DNA from: an uncultured Clostridia bacterium
GTDB lineage: Bacteria > Bacillota > Clostridia > TANB77 > CAG-508
Assembly: GCA_934120045.1 (NCBI GenBank)
Contig: CAKOTF010000008.1
Coordinates: forward strand, 15,534 to 79,533
Reading direction: 5' to 3'
DNA: 64,000 bases
Made by a program: the position numbers and the translations under genes. Below the pieces are notes generated by a model. It made no database searches and had not been told where the DNA came from. It saw only the letters and a program-made list of their open reading frames with translations. This document shows positions 43,882 through 54,547 of this stretch, piece by piece. Numbering within the stretch: the stretch's first letter is position 1; each line of letters starts with the position of its first letter.

Positions 43882-43910
43882 AAAAATAGCAAGTTATCCT
43901 TGCTATTTTT
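43882..43910. terminator. terminator of the GT4 gene, AATAGCAAG/CTTGCTATT family
   Basis: aaaaatagcaag-ttatc-cttgctattttt, a perfect 12-bp stem. Confidence 0.55.
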
Positions 43911-43919
43911 TATGATATT

Positions 43920-45212
43920 TTATGCAAATATTTGTCTTTTTTTAAATGGTAATATATTGTTCGTTTCTTTCTCTACTGCTGAATTTTTCTTTTCGATTCT
44001 TGCTTTTTCTTGTGCTATTTGCTTTTTTTGTCTCTCAGCCATTGTCTCACATATTGCTTTTTGATATGTAAAGTGTGTGTCTTGTGCTATTTTTTGCCAA
44101 TTATAATTTTCTTTTACCTTTATTTTTGCATTTTTTACAATATTATCACATAATTCTGGATTAAATAATAGTTCTAGTATTGAATCTGCAATTGAATTTG
44201 GATTTCCACAATAACTTTTCATTCCTGTTACTCTGTGTTCCACTATTTCTCCTAATCCTCCTGCATCTGATACTACTATTGGCCTTTCTGCTAGCATTCC
44301 TTCTAGAGCTACAATTCCAAATGGTTCATATGTACTTGGAAATACTGATATATCTGCTGCTTTATACATTTTTTCTACATCTTTTCCATTCATATATCCT
44401 GCAAAATATACTTTATTTGAAATTCCTAAATAATCTGCTTGTGCTCTTAATTCATCAAGCATTCCACCTTTTCCAGCTATTACTAATTTTGCATCATGAT
44501 ATGAATCTAATACTTTTGGCATTGCTGCAATTAGATTTTGTACACCTTTTTCATATACTAATCTTCCCATGAATAATATTATTTTTTCATTATCCATTGC
44601 ATATTTTCTTCTAAATGAATAATCTCTGTCCATTCCTGTAAATTTATTTAAGTTAACACCATTTGGAACAACATTTATTTTTTCAAATGGTAATCCAAAT
44701 AATCTTTGTACTTCACTTTTCATATAATTACTGTTTACAATAACTTCATTTGCTTCATATGTAAGCATCCATTCTGTATCATTTATATATTTTTGATTTG
44801 GTTCTCTTATTCCACTATTTCTTCCTGCTTCTGTTGCATGTATTGTTGCTACTATTGGGATATCAAATGAGTGTTTTAATGTTTTTGCAGCATTGGCAAC
44901 TAACCAATCATGTGCATGTATTACATCAAATTTTCCTTGTTCAGCAATTATTTGACTTGCTTTTTCTACCATATTAAAGTTAAGTTGTAATATCCAATCT
45001 ATAAAATTATTTGGTTGTATCATATAGTTGTCTATTCTATAAACTTTTACTCCTTTATCATCCTCATAATATGGAACTTCTCCATCTCTGTATGTTACTA
45101 CAGTTACTTCATGACCATCTTTTATTAATCTATGTGATAGGTCATATACTACTCTTGATATTCCACCAACTACTCTTGGTGGATATTCCCATGTAAGCAT
45201 CAATATTTTCAT
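43920..45212 (-). CDS. GT4 family glycosyltransferase
   Basis: TWEYPP N-terminus and a C-terminal GT-B EX7E-like region (STYEPFGIVALEGM). Confidence 0.7.
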   Translation of the reverse strand: MKILMLTWEYPPRVVGGISRVVYDLSHRLIKDGHEVTVVTYRDGEVPYYEDDKGVKVYRIDNYMIQPNNFIDWILQLNFNMVEKASQIIAEQGKFDVIHAHDWLVANAAKTLKHSFDIPIVATIHATEAGRNSGIREPNQKYINDTEWMLTYEANEVIVNSNYMKSEVQRLFGLPFEKINVVPNGVNLNKFTGMDRDYSFRRKYAMDNEKIILFMGRLVYEKGVQNLIAAMPKVLDSYHDAKLVIAGKGGMLDELRAQADYLGISNKVYFAGYMNGKDVEKMYKAADISVFPSTYEPFGIVALEGMLAERPIVVSDAGGLGEIVEHRVTGMKSYCGNPNSIADSILELLFNPELCDNIVKNAKIKVKENYNWQKIAQDTHFTYQKAICETMAERQKKQIAQEKARIEKKNSAVEKETNNILPFKKRQIFA

Positions 45213-45350
45213 TGATTGTACCCCTTTCTTAAGTTCTGTTTTTCTTCTGTTTCAGTTATACTTTGTATATTTTATACATAATTTTTGTTTTTGTCTATAC
45301 ATTTTACAAATTTTATTGTTTTTTTATTAAATTTTTAATTATTGTCTACA

Positions 45351-45392
45351 AAAAAAGATTCTTATAATATTTTTTATATAAGAATCTTTTTA
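45351..45392. terminator. pnp terminator (aaagattcttata...tataagaatcttt)
   Basis: 13-bp inverted repeat flanked by A- and T-runs. Confidence 0.55.
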
Positions 45393-45411
45393 AATAGTTT
45401 ATCATATAATT

Positions 45412-47595
45412 TTATTCTTCTATTTTTTCTTCATTTAAAGGTGTTTCTGTGTTTTCCTCTGAAGAATTTTCATTTTTATTTTCTTCTGAATTATTTTCAA
45501 CTAAATCTTTCATTGTTAAATTAATTCTTCCTTGATCATCTATTTCAATAACTTTTACCGGAACTTTATCTCCAACATTTACATAATCCGTAACATTTTT
45601 AATATGTTCTTTAGCTATTTTAGATATATGAACTAATCCTTCTTTTCCTCCACCAATATCTACAAATGCTCCAAATGATGTTGTTCTTGTTACTGTTCCA
45701 TAATATATTTGTCCAACTTCAACTACTCTTGCTATATTTTCTATTATATCTAATGCTTTTTCTCCCATTTCAGCATCTGTTGAATAAATAAATACTTGTC
45801 CATCTTCTTCAATATCTATTTTTACACCTGTTTCATCAATTATTTTATTAATTGTTTCTCCACCTTTTCCAATTACATCTTTAATTTTTTCAACTTTAAT
45901 TTGTGTTGTAATTATATGTGGTGCATATTTTGATATTTCTTCTCTTGGTTCTGAAATAACTGGTTTCATTATATCATCTAATATATATTGTCTTGCTTTT
46001 CTTGTTCTTGCAAATGCTTCTTCTATTATCTTATATGATAATCCATCTACTTTAATATCTACTTGTATTGCTGTAATGCCTTTTTCTGTTCCGCCAACTT
46101 TGAAGTCCATATCTCCAAAAAAGTCTTCTAATCCTTGAATGTCTGTTAACATTACATAATCATCTGGATTTTCTGGATTTGTTACAAGTCCTGTTGAGAT
46201 ACCAGCAACTGGTCTCTTAATTGGAACACCTGCATCCATTAATGCTAATGTACTTCCACATATACTTGCTTGTGATGTTGAACCATTTGAAGATAGTACT
46301 TCTGATACAACTCTTATTGCATATGGGAATTCTTCTACTGGTGGTAATACTGGAACTAATGCTTTTTCTGCTAATGCACCATGTCCAATTTCTCTTCTTC
46401 CAGGTCCTCTTGATGTTTTTGCTTCACCAACACTATATCCAGGGAAGTTATATTGATGCATATATCTTTTTGCTGTTTCTGTATCTATTCCATCTAATTC
46501 TTGTTCTTCACTCTTCATTCCAAGTGTTACTATTGACATTACTTGAGTTTGTCCTCTTGTAAATAATGCACTTCCATGTGTACGTGGTAATAATCCTACT
46601 TCACATGATAGTGGTCTTATTTCATCAATTGCTCTTCCATCAACTCTTTTATGTTCATAGAATATCATATCTCTTACACATTTTTTTTCTAATTTATAAA
46701 CTGCTTCACCAATTTCTTGCTTTCTTTTTTCGAATTCTTCTTCTCCTAATTTTTCAGCAAGAGCATTTTCAATTTCTTCTGTTAATACTGCAACATTATT
46801 GTCTCTTGTGTCTTTGTCTATCTCTTGTACAGCTATTTTCATTTTTTCTGTATAATCTTTTTCTAATTCTTCATATAAATCATGATCTACTGCAAATGAT
46901 TTGTATGCAAATTTTGGCTTTCCTATTTCGTCTTTCATTTTTTGAATAAATTGACATACTTTTTTAATTTCTTCATGTCCTTTTTTAATTGCATCTAACA
47001 TTACATCATCAGGAACTTCATTTGCTCCAGCTTCAATCATTGCTACTTTTTCAGCTGTTCCTGCAACTGTTAAATTTAAATCACTTATTTTTCTTTGTTC
47101 TTCTGTTGGATTTATTACTATTTCTCCATTTACTAATCCTACATTTACTGCTGCTGTTGGTCCTCCAAATGGTATATCAGATATTGATAATGCTGCAGAT
47201 GCCCCAATCATTGCTGCTACTTCTGGTGAATTATCTTGTTCAACACATAATACTGTTGCAACAACTACTACATCATTTCTGAAATCTTTTGGAAATAATG
47301 GTCTTAATGGTCTATCTATAGCTCTTGATACTAATATTGCTTTATCACTTGGTTTTCCTTCTCTTTTTGTATAAGATCCTGGTATTTTTCCAACTGAATA
47401 CATTTTTTCTTCAAAATCTACTGATAATGGAAAAAAGTCTATTCCTTCTTTTGGTTCTTTTGATGCTGTAACATTTACCATTACAACTGTATCTCCATAT
47501 TTTACTACAACATTTCCATTTGCTAATCCTGCTAATTTTCCTGTTTCTATTACAAGTTTTCTACCTGCTAATTCTGTTTCATAACTTTTAAACAT
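45412..47595 (-). CDS. pnp: polynucleotide phosphorylase
   Basis: 727 aa with two RNase PH domains, KH and S1, and an acidic C-terminal tail. Confidence 0.9.
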   Translation of the reverse strand: MFKSYETELAGRKLVIETGKLAGLANGNVVVKYGDTVVMVNVTASKEPKEGIDFFPLSVDFEEKMYSVGKIPGSYTKREGKPSDKAILVSRAIDRPLRPLFPKDFRNDVVVVATVLCVEQDNSPEVAAMIGASAALSISDIPFGGPTAAVNVGLVNGEIVINPTEEQRKISDLNLTVAGTAEKVAMIEAGANEVPDDVMLDAIKKGHEEIKKVCQFIQKMKDEIGKPKFAYKSFAVDHDLYEELEKDYTEKMKIAVQEIDKDTRDNNVAVLTEEIENALAEKLGEEEFEKRKQEIGEAVYKLEKKCVRDMIFYEHKRVDGRAIDEIRPLSCEVGLLPRTHGSALFTRGQTQVMSIVTLGMKSEEQELDGIDTETAKRYMHQYNFPGYSVGEAKTSRGPGRREIGHGALAEKALVPVLPPVEEFPYAIRVVSEVLSSNGSTSQASICGSTLALMDAGVPIKRPVAGISTGLVTNPENPDDYVMLTDIQGLEDFFGDMDFKVGGTEKGITAIQVDIKVDGLSYKIIEEAFARTRKARQYILDDIMKPVISEPREEISKYAPHIITTQIKVEKIKDVIGKGGETINKIIDETGVKIDIEEDGQVFIYSTDAEMGEKALDIIENIARVVEVGQIYYGTVTRTTSFGAFVDIGGGKEGLVHISKIAKEHIKNVTDYVNVGDKVPVKVIEIDDQGRINLTMKDLVENNSEENKNENSSEENTETPLNEEKIEE

Positions 47596-47869
47596 ATACT
47601 TTTTCTTTTATGGTTTATTTATATAATCCATAAACTCCTTTCTTTTATTCTTTACACCTATTTAAGTAAGTCAAACTTGTAATTAGATTGTAACCTCTAT
47701 AATATGTTTTATTTGTTTAAAGCACATTATACAAGCTACTTTTCCAAATACATTTGACTTACTTTAAGAACAAATAAGAAAAATTTTCAATTTTTCTTTG
47801 ATTTGTTCTCGCCCGATTTGAGTTTCTGAGCGAAGCGATGAAATCTCAAAGGGCTAGCGATTGTAGCAT

Positions 47870-47950
47870 TTTATATAATAGGAAAGTATAACTTTCCTAT
47901 TATATAAAACAAAAGGACGTAGGCTTTTATTGCACACGTCCTTTTACAAA
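47870..47950 (-). terminator. rpsO terminator (aaaggacgt...acgtccttt + UGUUUU) followed by a perfect 16-bp hairpin (tatataataggaaagt/actttcctattatata) in the pnp leader
   Basis: Both inverted repeats read directly on the minus strand immediately after the rpsO stop. Confidence 0.55.
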
Positions 47951-47957
47951 TCTTAAA

Positions 47958-48221
47958 CTATTTTCTTAGTCCTAATTTTTCAACTAGTGCTTTATATGAT
48001 TCTTCATCTTTCTTTGCTAAGTAGTTTAATAAATTTCTTCTTTTACCAACCATTTTAAGCATTCCTCTTCTTGAATGATTGTCTTTTTTATGAACTTTTA
48101 AATGCTCTGTTAATTCATTAATTCTTTCTGTTAAAAGAGCGATTTGAACTTCAGATGATCCTGTATCTTTTTCATCTCTTCTATATTGATTAATGATTTC
48201 TTGTTTTCTTTCTACTGTCAT
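47958..48221 (-). CDS. rpsO: 30S ribosomal protein S15
   Basis: 87 aa, ...[20 protein letters not shown]... Confidence 0.95.
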   Translation of the reverse strand: MTVERKQEIINQYRRDEKDTGSSEVQIALLTERINELTEHLKVHKKDNHSRRGMLKMVGKRRNLLNYLAKKDEESYKALVEKLGLRK

Positions 48222-48381
48222 GTTATTAACACCTCCTATTTCTTTTTTCTCCTTATACCGAGCTCTAATAATAGGTGTCTTTTACTAGGCTAAGTTAAAG
48301 GAATATTTTTTCAACATAACTATTGTACTATATTTTACCAAAAAAATCAAGCAATTTCACTAATTTAGGTTAAATATATTT

Positions 48382-48909
48382 TTATCCATTTTTTATTGCT
48401 AATATATCTTCATCTTTTTTTAAGTTTGGTCCTAAAAATTCATAACAATTTTTATTAGATTTCATAGCCGATAATCCTATTTCTTTATCTTCTCTTAGTC
48501 TTCCACTTGCAAACTTTATTATAATTGGCTTATTAGTAGCTGCTAACATTACTACTTCTTTATCATCTCTCATTTCTGGTGATGCAAAATACAAAATTTG
48601 TCCTGTTTTTTTCAATCCAGCCATTAATAATTCTTTATCATTTAATAAATTTTCTTTTGCATAGCAATATGTCCACCCAACTTCACTTACTGAGTCATAT
48701 ACTATTTCTCTATCTGCTTTTAATCTATCACTAACATATTCTAATGCTTCTGGATTATTATGCACTGCTGTTAAAGCAATTTCTCTATCATCTTTCATTT
48801 CTTCTCCTGCATAATCTAATAATCCACCTTCTTTTGATACATTTTCTAATACGTATTGCCTATCATGTGCATTTTCTCTCATTTTTATTACTTCTGGTCT
48901 TTCTGGCAT
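48382..48909 (-). CDS. DUF4116 repeat protein
   Basis: Four tandem repeats of the pattern D(K/R)E(I/V)xLxAVxxNxxALxYxSxxL(K/R)xDKE. Confidence 0.6.
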   Translation of the reverse strand: MPERPEVIKMRENAHDRQYVLENVSKEGGLLDYAGEEMKDDREIALTAVHNNPEALEYVSDRLKADREIVYDSVSEVGWTYCYAKENLLNDKELLMAGLKKTGQILYFASPEMRDDKEVVMLAATNKPIIIKFASGRLREDKEIGLSAMKSNKNCYEFLGPNLKKDEDILAIKNG

Positions 48910-49046
48910 TTTGTTTTATTCCTCCAAAAAAAATACTTTTTAATATATCAAATTTCTGATAGATATTTTCATATACCAAAAATGATATAATTTTATATTA
49001 AGCATTATATCATTTTATTTTTTATTTTACTATAATTTTTTACTTT

Positions 49047-50675
49047 TTAAGATACTTTTTTTCTTAGTTCATTTGCATATTGTAATGTAACTTCATTTAC
49101 TTCTCCTGAAGAAATTCTTGCAATTTCACATAAAACTTCTTTTTCATTTAATAATTTTACTTTTGTAGCTGTTCTTTCATTTTCTACTTTTTTACTTATA
49201 AAATAGTTATAATCTGCACTTGCGGCAATTGAAGCTAAATGTGATATACATAAAACTTGATGATTTTTTGAAATGCTTTTCATTTTGTCAGCCACTGCAT
49301 TAGCAGCTTTTCCACTTATTCCAGTATCAATTTCATCAAATATCATAACAGGTACTTCATCTGCTTCTGCTATTACTTTTTTTATAGCTAGCATTATTCT
49401 TGACATTTCTCCTCCTGATGCAATTTTTACTAATTCACTTTCATTTTCGCCAATGTTTGTTCTAATATAAATTTGAACAGAATCTTTACCATTTTCAAAA
49501 TATTCATTTGCTTTATATTCTACTTTTACATTAATTGTTGCATTTTTCATTTCTAATTCTAATAATTCTTTATTAATTCTTTGATTCAATTCTGTTGCAT
49601 ATTTTTTTCTAATTTCACTTATTTTCATTGCTATTACATTTAGCTCTGTTTCTAATTCAGCTTTTTCTTTTCTTAGTTTAGCATTTATTTCTTCTGCATT
49701 TTCTATTTTATTTATCTCATCTGCAACTTCTTTTCCATATTCTAATATTTCTTCAATATTATTTCCATATTTTCTTTTTAAATCATATATAATATCTAAT
49801 CTTGTTTCGACTTCTTCTCTTTGTTGTTCATCAAAGTCAACATCTTCACAATATGTTTCTATATCTCTTGATATTTCTTGCATTTCATAATATATGTTTC
49901 TTAAGCTTTCTATTGTTGAACTATATTTTGAATCTATTTCTTCTATTTTCTCTAATGCTCTTACTGCACTATTTATTACATCTATTGTATTTTCTCCAAC
50001 TGCTTGACTTGCTTCTGATAAATTTTTAGCTATTTTTTCTGAGTTTAACATTATTTTTCTTTTTTCTTCTAATTTTTCTTCTTCATCTTTTTTTAATTTT
50101 GCTTCTTGTATTTCATTTAATTGATATTTTAATAAATCTAATTTTCTTTGTTTTTCTTTTTCATCTCCATAATTATTTCTTAGTTCTCTTTTTACTTCAT
50201 TATACCTTATAAATTTTGAGCTATATTCACTTTTCAATGGTAATAATTCTTCTCCTATAAAATTGTCAAGATATTTTATATGTGTTGAACTATCAAATAA
50301 TTGTTGATTTTGGTTTTGACCATGTATTTCTATATATTTGCTCATAAAATCTTTTAATTCTGATACTGTTACAAGTCTCCCGTTTATTTTACAAGTATTT
50401 CTTCCATTGCTATATATTTCTCTTGTTACAATAATATTTTCATCTACTGAATTTATATCTTGTGGCTCATACATACATATTTCTACATATGAATGGATTT
50501 CACCTTTTCTTATCATTTCTTTTGAGAATCGTCCACCACAAATTACTCCTAATGAATCTATTATTAATGTTTTACCAGCTCCTGTTTCTCCTGTTAATAC
50601 ATTCATTCCTTTGTTTAAATTTATTTCTAAATCATCTATTATTCCTATATTTTTTATATGTAAATTTGTAATCAT
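49047..50675 (-). CDS. recN: DNA repair protein RecN
   Basis: SMC-like N-terminus (LTGETGAGKT), coiled coil and C-terminal signature. Confidence 0.85.
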   Translation of the reverse strand: MITNLHIKNIGIIDDLEINLNKGMNVLTGETGAGKTLIIDSLGVICGGRFSKEMIRKGEIHSYVEICMYEPQDINSVDENIIVTREIYSNGRNTCKINGRLVTVSELKDFMSKYIEIHGQNQNQQLFDSSTHIKYLDNFIGEELLPLKSEYSSKFIRYNEVKRELRNNYGDEKEKQRKLDLLKYQLNEIQEAKLKKDEEEKLEEKRKIMLNSEKIAKNLSEASQAVGENTIDVINSAVRALEKIEEIDSKYSSTIESLRNIYYEMQEISRDIETYCEDVDFDEQQREEVETRLDIIYDLKRKYGNNIEEILEYGKEVADEINKIENAEEINAKLRKEKAELETELNVIAMKISEIRKKYATELNQRINKELLELEMKNATINVKVEYKANEYFENGKDSVQIYIRTNIGENESELVKIASGGEMSRIMLAIKKVIAEADEVPVMIFDEIDTGISGKAANAVADKMKSISKNHQVLCISHLASIAASADYNYFISKKVENERTATKVKLLNEKEVLCEIARISSGEVNEVTLQYANELRKKVS

Positions 50676-50803
50676 GACAATCCCTCCAAAAAAATAATAA
50701 TACTTTTCTTAAACTAGATATCAAATATCTGTTCGAAAAGTATTATATGTTTTTCTTTGATTTTTGTCAATAGTTTTACGAACTTTTTTTCGCTTTTTAT
50801 TTT

Positions 50804-53074
50804 TTACATATTTCGTAATTTATATTCCAATCCTGTATTTCTTTTTTTACTATCTACATTATTTATCATAAAATCTACAACTCTATCATTTCCAATTACA
50901 ATCAATAATTTTTTAGCTCTTGTTAATCCTGTATATAATAAATTTCGTGTTAAGAGCATTGGTGCAGCTTGTGGTACAATCATTATAACAACATCAAATT
51001 CACTTCCTTGTGCTTTGTGTATTGTTATGCAATAACTATGGTCTATTTGTTCCAAATCATTGAATTCATACCAACAAACTTTATCATCATCAAATTTTAT
51101 TCTTATATTTTTTTCTTTTTCATTTATATTTGTTATTGTCCCAATCTCACCATTAAATACACCATTTCCTGTTTCTATAGAATCTCCTTCTCTTCTTTCC
51201 CAATACATATCATAATTATTTTTGGTTTGCATTATTCTATCACCAATTCTGAATATTACTCCCATACTTGCTTTTTCTGGTTCACCTTCTCTTGGTGGAT
51301 TTAATTCTTTTTGTAATGATTTATTTAATTCTTTTGTTCCTAACATTCCTTTTTTAGTTGGTGTTAATACTTGAATATTTTCAAAAAAGTCATAGTCTCC
51401 GAATTTTTTTAATCTTCCATTACATAATGATAAAACTTGTTCTAATATTTTTTCTTGATTATTTTCTTTTATAAAGAAAAAATCTTCTTTTGCATTTTCT
51501 GATAATTCTGAATCATCTTTTTGTATAAATTTTTGACCATTATTTACTCTATGTGCATTTACTATTATTTTGCTTCTTGCTGCCTGTCTAAATATTTTAT
51601 CTAAATGCACTGTTGAAATTTTTTCAGATGATATTATATCTTTTAAAACACTTCCCGGTCCTACTGATGGAAGTTGGTCTGTATCTCCTACAAGAATTAA
51701 TTTTGTTCCTAAATATATACAATCTAACAAATAACTCATTACAAACATATCTACCATTGACATTTCATCAACTATTATTATGTCTGCATCTATTGGTGCT
51801 CCTTCAAAGTCTTCATCTTTCTTATAAAATACATCATCATCAACTTTTCCTATCTCTAATAATCTATGTAATGTTTGTGCTTCTTCTCCTGTTGTTTCTG
51901 TCATTCTCTTTGCTGCCCTTCCAGTAGGAGCACATAATACTATTTTATATTTTTTTTGCTTATAGATTTCTATAATACTTTTTATTATTGTCGTTTTTCC
52001 TGTTCCTGGGCCACCTGTAATAATTGTTACATTATTATCATTAATAGTTCTTATTGCTTCCTTTTGTTTTTCAGATAAAATCATATCTGTTCTTTCTTCT
52101 ACTTTTTTTAATTCTTTTTCAATATTACTTATTTTTTTTACATTTTTAGTGTTTTTTAATTTTATTATTCTTTCTGCAATCTCATTTTCTGTTTTATAAA
52201 ATGAGTATAAATATACCCATTTTTCTTCATCTCTTTTTTCAATAACTATATCTTCATTTGCTTTTAAATTTATTAGTCCTTCTTCAATTATTTCTTCAGA
52301 TACTCCTAATATCTGTTTTACATATTCTATTAAATTCTCCTTTAATGTACAACAATGTCCATTATATGTGATTTTCATCAAAGCATATTTTATTCCACTT
52401 TTCACTCTTTTTTGATTTTCTCGTTCTATTCCAAGTTCTATTGCCATTTTATCTATTTGTGAAAATTCTACACCCCTTGCAATATCTATTAAAATATATG
52501 GATCATTTTCTATTTCTGATATTGCATTTATTCCTAGTAGATCATATACTTTTTTGGCACTTTCTGCTCCTAATCCAAATCTTTCTAAAAAGCCAACAAT
52601 TTGCCATACTTCCCAATTTTCAATAAAACTTTCAGATATTTCTTTTGCTTTATCTTTTGTTATTCCTTTTATTTGTACTAATTTTGATGGTTCGTATTTT
52701 AATACATGTATGGTTTCATCTCCAAATAATTTTATTATTTTACTTGCTGTTGCTGGTCCAACTCCTTTTATATTTCCATTTGCAAGATATTTTTCTAGTG
52801 CAGATAATGTTTGTGGCATTAATTTTTCAAATGTTTCTATTTTAAATTGTTCTCCATAATCTTTGTGTTCTATAAATTTTCCGATTATTTTTAATGAATC
52901 TCCTTTACATATAAATGGTAAATATCCAACTACTGTAAATTGTTCTTCTTCTGTTTCAAATATTCCTACAGTATAGCTATTTACTTCATTTTGATATATT
53001 ATCTCTGCTAGTATTCCTTCTTTTTCTTCCAATTTCCGTCCTCTTTTCATATTTTGATAGTGTGATTTTATCAC
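50804..53074 (-). CDS. recD2: RecD2-type ATP-dependent DNA helicase (RecD-like, YrrC family)
   Basis: 756 aa with HhH N-terminus, Walker A GGPGTGKTT and SF1 motifs. Confidence 0.85.
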   Translation of the reverse strand: MIKSHYQNMKRGRKLEEKEGILAEIIYQNEVNSYTVGIFETEEEQFTVVGYLPFICKGDSLKIIGKFIEHKDYGEQFKIETFEKLMPQTLSALEKYLANGNIKGVGPATASKIIKLFGDETIHVLKYEPSKLVQIKGITKDKAKEISESFIENWEVWQIVGFLERFGLGAESAKKVYDLLGINAISEIENDPYILIDIARGVEFSQIDKMAIELGIERENQKRVKSGIKYALMKITYNGHCCTLKENLIEYVKQILGVSEEIIEEGLINLKANEDIVIEKRDEEKWVYLYSFYKTENEIAERIIKLKNTKNVKKISNIEKELKKVEERTDMILSEKQKEAIRTINDNNVTIITGGPGTGKTTIIKSIIEIYKQKKYKIVLCAPTGRAAKRMTETTGEEAQTLHRLLEIGKVDDDVFYKKDEDFEGAPIDADIIIVDEMSMVDMFVMSYLLDCIYLGTKLILVGDTDQLPSVGPGSVLKDIISSEKISTVHLDKIFRQAARSKIIVNAHRVNNGQKFIQKDDSELSENAKEDFFFIKENNQEKILEQVLSLCNGRLKKFGDYDFFENIQVLTPTKKGMLGTKELNKSLQKELNPPREGEPEKASMGVIFRIGDRIMQTKNNYDMYWERREGDSIETGNGVFNGEIGTITNINEKEKNIRIKFDDDKVCWYEFNDLEQIDHSYCITIHKAQGSEFDVVIMIVPQAAPMLLTRNLLYTGLTRAKKLLIVIGNDRVVDFMINNVDSKKRNTGLEYKLRNM

Positions 53075-53117
53075 AAAAATATGTTTGTTTCAAGGATATT
53101 TAGTTATAAATAAAAAA

Positions 53118-53150
53118 ATCGAGAAATTCTTACATTTCTCAATTTTTATT
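53118..53150 (-). terminator. metK terminator (cgagaaat-tcttac-atttctc flanked by A7 and T5)
   Basis: Inverted repeat read directly downstream of the metK stop. Confidence 0.45.
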
Positions 53151-53174
53151 TTATACTATGTGTATTATAATTTT

Positions 53175-54293
53175 CTAGACCTCTAATTTTATAATTTTTT
53201 CCCAAGGTAATTCTGGCTTTCCAAAATGACCATAATTAGTTGTTTTTGTATAAATTGGTTCACGTAAACCAAGATATTCAATAATTCCTTTTGTTGTTAA
53301 GTCAAAATTCTTTTTGATTATTTCTTCTATTTTTTCTTCTGGTATTGTATTTGTTCCAAATGTGTCAACAAATATTGACATTGGTTGTTCAACACCTATT
53401 GCATATGCTACTTGTAATTCACATTTTTTGGCAAATCCATTTGCAACTATATTTTTTGCAATATGTCTCATCATATATGCTGCACTTCTGTCAACTTTTG
53501 TTGCATCTTTTCCTGAAAAAGCTCCTCCACCATGACGTGCATATCCACCATAAGTATCTACTATTATTTTTCTTCCTGTTAGTCCTGTATCTCCTAAAGG
53601 TCCACCTATAACAAATCTTCCTGTTGGATTTATAAAATATTTTGTATTTTCATCTAAATATTTTTCTGGAATAACTGTTTTTATTACTTTTTCCATAATG
53701 TCTTTTTTTAATATATCCATATCTGCAGATTCTTCGTGTTGATTTGATATAAGTATTGTGTCAATTCTTTTTACAATTCCATCTTCATATTCAACTGTTA
53801 CTTGTGTTTTTCCATCTGGTCTAAGATATGGTATTATTCCATTTTTACGAACTTCTGTAAGTCTTTTTGCCAATTTGTGTGCCATTGAAATTGCAAATGG
53901 CATATATTCTTCTGTTTCATCTGAAGCATATCCAAACATTATCCCTTGGTCTCCAGCCCCACCAATGTCTACACCTTGTGCTATATCTGAGCTTTGCTTT
54001 GTTATATTTATATCTATCTTACATGTTCTATAATCTATGTCTAAGTCTGCTCTGTCATATCCTATTTCTTTTATTCTATCTCTTACTATTTTTTCTATAT
54101 CTAATGTTGCATTTGTTGTTAATTGTCCTGCTATTGTTATTTGATTTGCAGATGCAAATGTTTCTATTGCAACTCTCGAATATTTATCTTGTCTTAATGC
54201 TTCATCTAATATTGTATCTGATATATAATCACATAATTTATCTGGATGTCCTTCTGTTACACTTTCTGATGTAAAATACCATTTTTTACTCAT
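53175..54293 (-). CDS. metK: S-adenosylmethionine synthetase
   Basis: [25 protein letters not shown] motifs. Confidence 0.9.
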   Translation of the reverse strand: MSKKWYFTSESVTEGHPDKLCDYISDTILDEALRQDKYSRVAIETFASANQITIAGQLTTNATLDIEKIVRDRIKEIGYDRADLDIDYRTCKIDINITKQSSDIAQGVDIGGAGDQGIMFGYASDETEEYMPFAISMAHKLAKRLTEVRKNGIIPYLRPDGKTQVTVEYEDGIVKRIDTILISNQHEESADMDILKKDIMEKVIKTVIPEKYLDENTKYFINPTGRFVIGGPLGDTGLTGRKIIVDTYGGYARHGGGAFSGKDATKVDRSAAYMMRHIAKNIVANGFAKKCELQVAYAIGVEQPMSIFVDTFGTNTIPEEKIEEIIKKNFDLTTKGIIEYLGLREPIYTKTTNYGHFGKPELPWEKIIKLEV

Positions 54294-54390
54294 ATTTCTT
54301 CGTTTCCTTTCATATTTATTATTCCACTTTGAGTTATAATAAATTCTTATATTTGCTCTGTCTAAAATAGAACCTTTCTAATACAACAAA

Positions 54391-54532
54391 AAAAGAACTC
54401 TTAGCGCTTGCTATGAGTCTTTTTCAAAAAAATCATCACTCAAAGCTTTTGCTTTGCCGGTATTAGCACCTTACATATTGCAGGTTGCTGTGGGATTAAC
54501 GAGCCGTTCTCTACTCCACTCTTGATAATATA
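54391..54532 (-). promoter_or_regulatory. SAM-I (S-box) riboswitch with terminator/antiterminator platform in the metK leader
   Basis: Minus strand reads UAUUAUCAAGAGUGGAG...GCAACC...GGUGCUAAUACCGGCAAAGCAAAAGCUUUGAGUGAUGA. It has the P1 AUUAUCA/UGAUGAU pairing, the conserved AAGAG, GCAACC and GGUGCUAA..CC kink-turn region, and a P4 hairpin. Downstream lies a GACUCAUAGCAAGCGCUAAGAGUUCUUUUUUU terminator whose 5' arm can alternatively pair with the UGAGU of the P1 3' strand. Confidence 0.65.
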
Positions 54533-54547
54533 TATTCAATTTTATAA

